DNA from: a virus
IMG/VR virus record: IMGVR_UViG_3300029448_000018
Span: 5,664 to 69,663 of that record
Reading direction: 5' to 3' (one strand)
Length of the DNA: 64,000 nt
Below the pieces are notes generated by a model, which was not told the origin of the DNA, did not search any database, and worked only from the letters and a program-made list of their open reading frames with translations. Positions 28,801 to 40,800 of the stretch are shown one piece after another (within the stretch, counting starts at the first letter, position 1; each line of letters opens with the position of its first letter). The translations under genes were made by a program, and so were the position numbers.

Positions 28801-31800
28801 ATACTGTTTCCCTAAAAAGGGGCGAATATATCTTGCAGATGGTGCGAGTGCTGAATATGTCAAAAAGAACGGTACAGGATTTGTATTTAGTAGCGGTACA
28901 ATAGCAGATAGAACGTTTTTATCAGGCAATGGTACAGCGTTCGCAACGTTTTATGAATGGGCTTTAGCAACAAATTTGTTAGTTTCAACAGCAGGTTCAG
29001 GTGCTACTGTAACAGATGATACGTCAATTTACATTTACAATGAAGATAACTTTACTGATGATTCTTTAGTTCAGGATGGAAGTACAGTAAACGATAGAAT
29101 GTTTCAATCTATGAATGATGTAAACCATGATTATCAATTAGGTACACAGTACTCAAGTACTCGTGCAATGGTCGAGATACCTTTCTTCCCTCAACAATTT
29201 TTTGAGCATGAAACCGAAGGAATATTTCCGGGTCCTGATAACAGTATGAAAATTCATATTGATGCTACATACACCGCACATAGTTGGAACCCAACACCTG
29301 TTGGAAGAAGGGCTGATGATATACAAACGGCTGATAGAAGTGCAAATTCTGCTTACACATATAATATAAATGGCAGAAATTATGTTTCGTCTGCCACAAT
29401 TCAACAAATTGTATATGATTCTTCTGGAAAGTTTTTCAAAATATTTGTCTCCCATCCTGAAATGTTCCCACCTGTAGACACAGGTGTTACCAATTATAGA
29501 AATTTAAAATCATTACATCGTTTTCGACGTGCATTTATTCCTAATGGTATGTGGTGTATATATGTCAACAACCCAAGTGCTGACGGTTATCTTAAGGTAT
29601 GGGAGAACGAAACAGCCACAAATAATGTTAATTCTGGTTCGTATGCAACGGGGTTCTTTGAATCGGCAATCCCTCAAACTGCTATACATATCGCTCAAGG
29701 GTATAGAAGTGAAAATTTAATTCCTCTCGATTCTGATATGGAGACTCCATCATCTGACTTTGAAGCACGTTCTCCGTATTACTACGACAATGCAAATGTA
29801 CAAACTCAAGGCGGTAATCTCGATTATGGTCTACGACAATATGTTAGTGCAATCGAAATAAAAGAAGGACCTCTTTCTAATCCCCATGCACCTAAAATAC
29901 TTTCAAAACGTGCTACATCAACTATCGTTAAAGGAGGTGATGGTGGGAGTGGTACGTACTCCATCATTTTAGAAGATACGGAGAATTTCCCTGAATTAGT
30001 AGAATACAGTAGAAATTCATCTAATGAACTTTCTTTAGCAGAAGGTGATATGCTTTACATTGGTGAAGTAATCTTGAGTGATGGTACTTCCCATGAAGGG
30101 ATGTATTTTGGTAAAAAGAGTTTAACAAATAATTTAGATGTTGTAAATTGGAAATGTACAACAACTTCTCTTACTTTAGAAGGTGCTACATTCAGATTAA
30201 AGAGTGCGGGTCGCTCTTTATACACTTTATCTTCACCTGCTAATTCACTAACAGAAGAAAATACGGCTGTGACTTTCTTACCAGATTCTTCTGAGCAATG
30301 GACTATTGCCGCTAATGCAAGTGCTGATAGTACTACTTCAATACAAATTACTCCTGCAACAGCAAATCGTTTGGCTCATGCAAATACTATTGGTATGAAT
30401 ATACGTAAAGATGATGAATTGTATTTTGAAGATGCATCTGATTCTAATACAATAAAATATCTTGGAAAAGTGAGTCAAATAATTTCAAAATTCGCTGGAA
30501 GTACTACAAATACTACTATTACTTTAACAGCAAATAACGTTAATGAAGTAACTACAGGGGATAAAATTCGATTAAGTGCGGCAAGTGTCATGGCTGTTGA
30601 CTTCGATGCAATACTGAACAAAACATGGATTAACCCATATGCACAAGGTGGTTTGAGAAACGGAGATACAGTTTGGATGAATATGACTCTTAATAATCCT
30701 CATGCAGTAGAAGGTCTATTCTGTAAGAGTAGAGGTGTACTAAACGAAGGATTAGTTTGGAAAGGATTTAACGGTGGAGAAGGCACTTTAGCAACACGAC
30801 CTCGTGATTCTATTCCTCTTGAAAATTTCTTAATTGGTGATACATGTGTTGAAACAGCGCAAAACTTAGTTCAACACATCAATAAGACGATAGAAATGAA
30901 TTATGAGGCAATGGGGCTTAACGCATCTCAAGCACCGTCTGTAGCCTATGTAGACCCTTACTTAGCATCCAAAGGTCATGCTCGTGTATTACTGTATGAT
31001 GTAGGTCATGATAGGGAATTTATTGCTTTCCATGATTTACATATGCAAGTACAATCGAGTGCGGCAACACCAAATATAGGATTTAATCGAAATATAGTTC
31101 ATGCTGGAGGGGTAACCAAATTAGATAGATATATGGCGACACACAATGGTGGCGCACCACATTACTTTACGACACAAATAGATGTAGCAAACGGTTACCC
31201 AAGTGAAAATAAATTCCTTCGTTCGACTCAACAATCTAAATTTATAGAATCGGCTTATTCACATAATATCGCTAATCAAAATCAAGGATTATTCAGTATT
31301 GAAAATCCTGCTACTTCTGGTAACAATGTATTCCTAAAAGGAAAAGGACACGGGCATTTTGTACATAGCGGGTACATGAATGGTTATACAGGAGATACTT
31401 TCACCGTAAGTGATAATGCTTTACCTCGTGTTGAACCAGCAGTAGCGTCTTTGTATTGGGCTAATGAAATACATTCGATTTCTCGTTCAATGAGTGGAAG
31501 TGAATTTGTAAGGTCGCTTAGAGCGCATAGAGAAGTACAAAACCCCGCTACACATTCGTTTAGAGATGCAAGTACACTATTTGATACCCCTGATGGAACA
31601 CGTTGTATTTCAGCGTTTTTATGTCTTAAAGGGAATAGAAACTTAGAATTAGATTTAACAAATCATGATGAATCACGTTTGAAGCATTTACCACATTGGT
31701 CACAAATGGATTTCGTGAGAAGATTAGTATTGGATTGCGGAGAAATAGGTGTAAAAGAAGGTGTTACTGATATTGAAGCGGCTACTCGTGAACTGGTTCG

Positions 31801-34800
31801 TATGATTAATCAAGCGGGGGCTAAACATGGTCGAACTCAAGTACATAATTTTCAACAAAGTGTAGGAGATGTAGCAATAACAGGTTCTACTCACGACCCT
31901 GCACCGTGGTGGTTTACCGATGAATCATTCAATTCAAACGATAAAGGAACACATATGGGATATGTACGAGCGCATCTTGGTCGTGTGGTTGAAGATATTA
32001 ACGGGAATGAAGGTTATTCCATTATTATACATTCTACTATTCCCGGTGCATCAGGTCGAAATTTCTGTGTGTGGCTCGACAACAGTAAAGGACAAGCATC
32101 ATACAAGCCATTATTTTTGATTGGACATGGTGGAAGATTTAGAAATTTCTGGTGTCAACCTGATGAAACAAGCGGTGAAAATATGCACCCTGCACCTATG
32201 CCTCTTAACAAGCATGGAAGGCCGTTTGCACCTATTACATCGCTTCGTGAGTACACACTACAAGAAGAACCAGCGGAACCATTCACTAACAATCACGACG
32301 TAGTAAGACGTGATTCAGATAGTGATAGCAGGACTGTACGAAATATTTCAGGACATATAGGTGCGTTAAATCATAATACAGTAAGTGATGAATCCTTTGA
32401 AATTCAAGGTGTATCTACATCATATGTTGAAGGTCTACGAGCAGGTAAAACAGCAGTAGGACGAATTAACTTTGGTGGTTTAGTTGCATCGGGTATACCC
32501 GGCTTTGCCCCCGATGCAGGTGAATACGGATTGGGAGTAAGAGGAGATAGAAGATTTGATTTTAAGTATGGCGAAGCAAAAATTCCCGGTGGAACTGCCC
32601 CAACTGATATTACAGCATACACAGGAAACGCTAATCCACAGAAACTACGTGAGGACAAAGTAGGCGAATCAAACTTATACGGATTTAGATTTACTGACCA
32701 TTTAGGTAATAATTACGGTGTTAGATACATTTACCGTAAATTTGGAGAAAACTTTAGCAATCAAAATACTGTTTTGCCATCTACTTTAGACGATGAGATT
32801 GTAGTCTACATTAACGATGACGACGTTTCAATGGGTGGATTTACCATTGGAGGACATATGCTTGGATATGGAGAACCGAGTGGACGTATTGATAATACCA
32901 CTTTACAATTCTCAAAATGGCGAGGGAATGAATGGAGGGGTGTTTATGCACCAGAAGCAGGTGTTGATTCAATTGTTACTTGGGATGGAAGTGCAAATAC
33001 GCTTACCGTGTTTTTACAAGCACCGTTTAACACGGGAAATACTGATTTAAATAATCACCCCGATATACTTGGTTATCTCGGTTATCCAAAAACAAACGGT
33101 GTTATCCATTTACATGATACTTTTACTGGTACATCGGCGAAGGGTTTCATTGGAAACGTATTGTCTTATGAATCAAGAACTGTAAACGATTTAACTGGAG
33201 CGCATGTATTTTTTGGAATACGAGGCGATGGATTTACATCATCACATCACGTAACAAGTGCATCAGCATCAAGTGCTGGTACTGTAAATAATGCAAGTAA
33301 AGTACAACCTCATGCATCAAATAATATATTTAGAGTATTGATGTCATCGAGAATTAATTGGACTACACTACTTACAGATGAGGTATTAGCATACGCTACT
33401 ATGGAAGCAATTAATCATCCCAACCCCAATATCGAGGAAGGTACTACTGTAGATTGTCGTCATCTCTATGCTTGTGATGGACGAACATTAGGAGATTGGG
33501 GAGTTACAGAAGATGCTATAATCGTGCGAGCATTTAATCCACAACGTGGTTCAACTCCTTTATCTAAAATGTTCAGCGCAACAATGCATACAGACTTTGG
33601 AATACAAGCGGCTCATTTAGAGTATGGAGAATATACAACATTGAAGCAAGTTAGTAGCACAGGGAAGCACACTTTTACAGCGAGTAACGTTTTGAATGAA
33701 CCAATTAGTGATGCTGATTTGGATAAAAACAGACAAGTAGATTGTGGATATTTACCAAAAACTATACTCCAAATTAGAACTAAGGGTAAGGGTTATCATG
33801 CAAATACAGCAACACCTGTGTTAGTCGATTCTTTTAACAACGTAATATCCACAAAAGCATGGAAAGAGAATCTGAAAGGAGAAACTTTTACTTCGATTAG
33901 TGGCGACCATATTTTACCAGCACTAAGTAATCCTATGATTTTAGTTGACGCAATTACTACTTCATCAGATACTATGACATTAGTAGGTTCTAAAATTACA
34001 AATGCCCTCATTCCAGCAGGTCAAGAAGGAACTTCTGTAAACAGTTTAGCAAAGAAACCATCTTATGGTGAGCGTTTACGATATTATTACCAAGAAACAG
34101 AGTTTTCACTTTTAGAATCTAAGAATGGTTCAAATTCATTAACAGAAATTATATGGAATGATTTGTTCTCAAACGATGATTGGGTATCAAATATTGGTGC
34201 TAAAAACGTAACAAATCAAGAACACGTACTCCAAAGATTTGCTGAACAACAAATTGGTGGTTATCGCTCATATGGTTCTGTGGATTCTGAACCTCTAATT
34301 TACTTCAAGGGCGGCAGAGACAGCAATGACCATAGCGTACCACTTTACTTTGGTGGTGGATTTAGCGGTGTGGTAATGGATGTGAATGATGGTACTGAAA
34401 ACGACTATTCTGATTTCTATACTCATCCATATTCTACAGGTCCTACGGGTACTGCTGGTATACAAAACGCCAATGAAATTTCAACTTCTTTCGCTATTGT
34501 AGATTGTAATGCAATCTTGTCCTTCTTCCCTGCTACAGCACTTTTAAATCAGCATAGAGCGAGTATCAATTCACCATTCTTCAATAGTGCAAACAGGGTT
34601 ACTACTGATTTAGATAACGGAAGTTTCGCTGTTAACTCGGCATTACCAGCCCCAGTAAAAGCAAGATATACGGCTGGTACTATTTTACAAAGACCTGTAC
34701 CCGTAATTTTACGAGTAGCAAATCCAAATGCAAGATATGACCCATCAAGTGGTGATACTGTAAGAGCGCATACAGAAACACATACGATGTTTGCAATATA

Positions 34801-37800
34801 CGGACCCGGACAGGCTTTCCCGTTTACTGAACAAGCATCAGCAAATTCAGATAATCAGCCGCATCCCGGCTATGTAGTTACTACAGGAAACACATGGAGT
34901 AAAGTACCGTATGGATTGAACTTACCTAACGATATTAAAAATACGGCGAATCAATACTCACCACCTACATTAGCACATCAAAATGCAAGAAATCGTTTCC
35001 ATTGGCTTTATGGTTGGAATTGGTCACCACCACAAGGTATTCCAAACATAGGTGATGCAGGTGGTTCAGGTGTAGGTCTTATGCAAAGACCAGACCACGG
35101 TTATCATTATGGTGAACATTTTAATTATGTTGGAACTGTACATGCTAACAATATTGCTGATATGAAAAAAGCGCATCCTTACAAGCACGTAGGTGCTATG
35201 TATTACGGTATAGCGATGGGTGCTGATATGACATTCCATATGGACGGTGGTTATCATCCCGGCGGTTCTTGGTTGGATAATCAAATGGCTTTCAACCCTT
35301 CACACCCTAAGAGTAATTATGCAATTAAAAGAGGTACAAACATAGTTCACCCTACAGCGTTTAGAGTATCAGGATTAATGGCTAAGAGTATTTTAACAGG
35401 AAGTGCTGATGTTGCTTTATCAGAAGTAGAACCAGAATTAGTTGTAGTCGATGCTACTCGATGTCAAAACGGTGAAGAACTTGCTACTGTACTTGGACAG
35501 GCTATGAATGAGTTTCCCGGAAAGAGCGCAATAAAAGCAATGGGAGGTACATTTGCACCATCAATGGGCAATGCTATGCGTCAAGATAGATACGGGTGGA
35601 TAGAATTAGATTTTACATCATATACAGTTCCGGAAGCATCAAGTGGAGATTTTGATTTAACAAGTTCGTATGTTTCAGTTAAAGCAACTGTAACAAGTGC
35701 TACACAGGCTATACTTGAACAAATACCAGCATGTGGGTGGCTAAGAACAAGTGAAGGTGGTGCAACAGGTGTATCAGGTGCGGGAGACATCCCTTGTTAT
35801 GCACCCTATCATAGTCGTGAAGTAGTTTATCAAAGTAGTGCTTGGAGTGTTATATTCGCATTAGCACCTAATAAGCATAGTAAATTACCTGTATTTGAAG
35901 ATGTTAAAGTATACGAAGATATATTGGCTGGAAGTTATGTAGCGGCTGATGATATTCCTGATTTATCAAGTGCTCCTTCAAAGTTATATGTGTGGTCAAA
36001 AGCGGGTGTTCATCGTTTTAATAATGAAAACGAAACAGCAAGGGACCATATGACACAAGTACATTTTAGTGGTATTGTAGACGCTATAGACCGTACACGA
36101 CCTATAGGTGCTGTAGGATGGGCTGGAGAGCGATACTCGTACCTTAACTCACTAAAGGTTGGTACGGAAGGCTACGGTGCAGGTCTTGGTGCTTGGCATG
36201 CTAAACTTGGTTTCAGTCCATATGGTTCAAGTAATTCATGTATGACAGCATATGGACATTTACCTCATACAAAACCGATTAAATGGTCACCCGAAGCCTC
36301 TCGATTATTGAATGGTGTAGGTGGTACTACAACAGGTATTTCCACACCGTATACATGGAATTTAGGTTTAGCGTATAATAATTCCTACTACACAGGAAAT
36401 GTCGCAGATTATGCTTCACGATATAATGACGGTGGGAATAGCGGTCAACCTATTCATCATGATGATAATGACAGTACATCCTTTGATGTAATCAAAAATT
36501 TGCATCAACCGCAGGGAGTATACAGTCGGGCATTTGTTGTAATTTCGTATGAAAGCGAATTTCCTTTGGTTGCCAAGCATGACCGAGATGGAATTACTGC
36601 TACTGGAGATTGGTTAACTGTAGTATCTAAGACAAATATAGATTCGGTATCAGCCGCAGATGCAATTAAATTTGCTGGTACTGTTCAATGGGATGAACGT
36701 ATACACAATAGTGAACGTTTTACTGCACCTGCGAATGCTGGTCCTAACGTAGAAGCATTGATTACTACTTCTGGTGATGGTTCACCGCTTCCCTTTGCTG
36801 TTACGGCAATAGATTCATACGTTGAAGGTGGTATAACAGTAGCACCTGTTGCTAACGATACTTTACTTGCAAATGCAGAACCGTGTTTTGCTGAAACTGG
36901 AGATTTATTTTCAGATATTGATGAGAGTCCGGGTACTGGTGGAAACCGAAACTTGAGATTGGAGTACTATCTTGCGGCTTCTCTTCCTTCTGATGGGTCG
37001 GCTGGTGCTACAAACGTTACATCGAGATACTCTTATGGTCGAGACTTTTGGTGGGGAGATATAAATGCATACAAAGCAAATGAATATTCTCCTGCTCGTA
37101 ATTTTTCAGTTGAAAATGTGGTATGGAAACGCATGGATGGTGGTAATCTTTCACTTCCAGCAGTAAATGCTCGTGGATTAGGTGCAGTACCATTTGTTAC
37201 AAGAGTGAGTAGCGACGGTACTAACGCATACTTAACTGGTGAAAAATTACTTGGAAACAATAGATTTACCTTTGAAACAACGAATAACGCTATGTTCCCA
37301 ATTATTCAAGCACAGGAAATAAGTCATCCGCAATTAGCGCAATTGCATCCAAATAGATTGCGAGATATTTTAGATATACCAAATGAAGAAATACAGTTTG
37401 AAAGTATTGAAGTTTTAGATGATACAGGACAAGTACACTCAATAGAGGGTGGCTCACCGTTTGGAACTATAGTTCGTTCCTTTAAACAGGTATCAGATAG
37501 AACCGCAGAAGGGTTAGCACCAGCGGAAGCGGGAAGTGGTGTCGAACCGAACTTGAAAATACAGTTACCTAATCCTGATTCTATACCCGGAAACATAATT
37601 ATTCGTAGCGGTTTTGATAGACTACAAGCCTATCAAACAGAAACTATGGGTACAGGTGGTATGCTACGACCCGGAATAGATTTAGACATAGATGGTATAT
37701 TTACTGATACAACAGACGGACCAAGATTAGGTCCTACGTTCAGCGACCATGAGTACGACCATATTAGCCAAAATTTATCAGAAGAATTGTTCCCTGAAAT

Positions 37801-40800
37801 GACAAGAAAAGGATGGAAATCTTCAACAAACAATGCACCACTAAAGACCTCATACGAACTTCATGACCGTTCATTATACTTCCATGTAACAAAGAACGGT
37901 AACTCTCACACGCACCGTTACCCAACAACATACTCACACGCTAACGGTGTTGTGAATAATGATTTAACAGGTGTATCTTTTATTGGTACTACTTTAACTG
38001 TTAATACTGCTGTTAATGCAAATTTGTTTGTTGGTGGATTCGGCAATGCTGATTGGGTTGGGGGTGCATTGGTAAAGAAGTATCTAAGACTACACAATCC
38101 AACTACTGGAGAAAGCGGTGTAGCCTCGTTTACTAACATTGCAGGAAGTACGTTTGAAAATTGTAAAGGGGATGCAAACTTCACTTCTATGGTGGCAAGT
38201 TCAATTACTGCTTGTAAGGTCGTTCCTTCTTATTATGTACCTGCTGGAAGCAATCGCTTCTTTGCCGCAAGAAGAATGCGTGACCACGCAGAAGTGAGTG
38301 GGAACAGTCCTGATATGGCTCATTCATTGTATCTAACTGGTGGCGGTACACAAACACCTTACGAGACATACAAAAAACCAATTCTTACACCTATGGCTGT
38401 TCCACGAATGGGTCATCACTTTGTCAATGCTTCACAGGTAATGTTACCCGGTCATTGGGCGCATCCTGCTTATCAGGGACTATACGGATTACATAGAGCA
38501 GAACGTTCAGCCTTTGTTGCTAATACAGAAAAGACACTCATTAATGATACAGCATTAGATGTTTCTACAATTCCTTCTTCTACTACTGACCAAATAACAG
38601 GATATGACCCAAGTATTACCATAGGAACTATGACCGCTACTCCGAGTGGACCGAGTGATATTCACGGTGGTGCGTTCACGTTAATGTTTGAAACTAAGGT
38701 CAAGTATGATGGATATGGGGTTCTTGCATCGGAGGGTCAAGCGGGTGTAGTAAACTCAAAGGGTGGTCATACAATCGTATTGGAAGCCGCCGCTACGTAC
38801 ACCTTGAAGCATCACTTCCCTGACCCATCAGAAGTCGGTGCTTATCAAATTGTTATTCAACCAAACATACACAAATCTCAACTTATTGGATTCCATGAAA
38901 ACGGACCTGCAACAGATGTACCAAATGGGAGTGCAATCGAATTAACAGGACAGCAGGTTGCATTAGTTGTAGGTATACGAGAACCCGATGCAGGTACGGG
39001 TGGTTTGGGACTTGTACTTGCCGAAGCAATAATGGCAGATGTACGAGGGTGTGAATTATTCATTAATGAATTAATGATAGACCATGACCCTGACCACGGA
39101 AGCCAATTTACAAACATTCCACCACTTATGTCATACAATCCGTTGGGTGTACAATCATCAGAATCACCTGCGTTTACACGTCGAAGTTTACCTTACAATC
39201 GTAATATGTTTGCATATGCAACACCGGGAATAACAAGTAACATTCCGTGGTGGTCTATCGTACATGAATCAGGACCAGAAGATTCATCGGCAGAAGGAAT
39301 ATGCCATTTGTCTATTCATAGACTCGACAATTACTATGAGTTCTTGAGAGCAAGTGCTGGAAGTATCGGATGTCAATTAACGCTTGGTGGTTATCCTTCT
39401 AACTATCCTGACCTTTATTCTAATGTCCTTGAGAACATCAGTCTCGCACCTGTGGCTGTGGTTAAGTCTGTAGCATCAACGCTCATTACTGTAGATGATG
39501 CAAGAGGATTCCCTAAAGTGCCTCATTACGGTATGAAATTAGAATACACGGATGCTAACGGTGTAAGAAGAACTCACACTTATACAGAAAGAAGCGGAAA
39601 TGACGCTTCTTACATGAACAAACCATATCGTTTTACTATTACTGCATCAAGTAATTTTACAAATAATTTAACTGTGGGAACAAAAATTCGATTGACTCGT
39701 GCTTATGACTTTAGACCTGCTGGTACAATTTTCAATGATACTCGTACAAGCGTTATCACTCATTCATTAATGGGAGAAGATAATCAAGCGTTTAATGGTT
39801 CGAGAGATACCAATAGTCTCCACATGGGTGATGCGTATTTGTGTCTATGGCATCCTAATCTTGGTCGCCCACATACATTTTATTCTGATTCTTCAAGAAC
39901 ATGGTTGAATCCACTTACTGATAGAGCAGTACTTTCAAAACCATTGAACAGTATGCCCGAACATTTTGAAACTGTACATTACCACGACGCAACGTACTAT
40001 GCGAGTTTGGGTCCTTTCGCATTCAATATCGCTACATCGACTAAACCCGGTACTATACTCACTAAAGCACCATCAGGTGCAAGTACTCCTACTGCCCCTA
40101 TGACTGTAATAGGTAATGGAACAACAAATGCATTTAGCGGTACTGTTTCTCTTACTGCTAATCAAATTCTATCTCAACATACTACTGGTTCTTTACCTGC
40201 TCTCACAGTATCAGATTTGATAAACATTGACGATGAAACTTTTTCGATTACTGCTATAACAGGGTCGCATACAATTACGTACACTAATCCTAACGGCGGC
40301 GGTGCTCAATCAATCCTTGCAACTGTATTTACATTAGAACGAAGTGCGGCACATACAACTATTAATTCTAATGTTAAAACTGGTGCTGATGGTTCTACAT
40401 CTTCTGCAACGCAATCAAGTGGTGCGCCATTGCTAAATCATTATTGGCCTTGTGGAAGCCGTGGTGGTCCTTTAACGAGTAGACTCGATGGGTATGGATA
40501 TGTATCAGCCTCGTGGGATTATCCATTAGAATATACTTCTGATGGTCCTGTGTGGGTTGACCATGATGACGATGGTTCATACGCTGTATCATTAGGAATA
40601 ACAAAATCAGTTTATGATAATTTTACAGATGCTACATGCGACTACAACAACGACCCTACAATTACAATGGATTCAACAGTAAAACTCGCAATAGGTATGG
40701 GTGTGAGTGGTACAGGTATACCGAGTGAGGCAACAGTTGCGTCCATTACCAATGCTACAACTTTTGAATTAAGCGCATCCACCACAGGTGGTTCAAAAAC

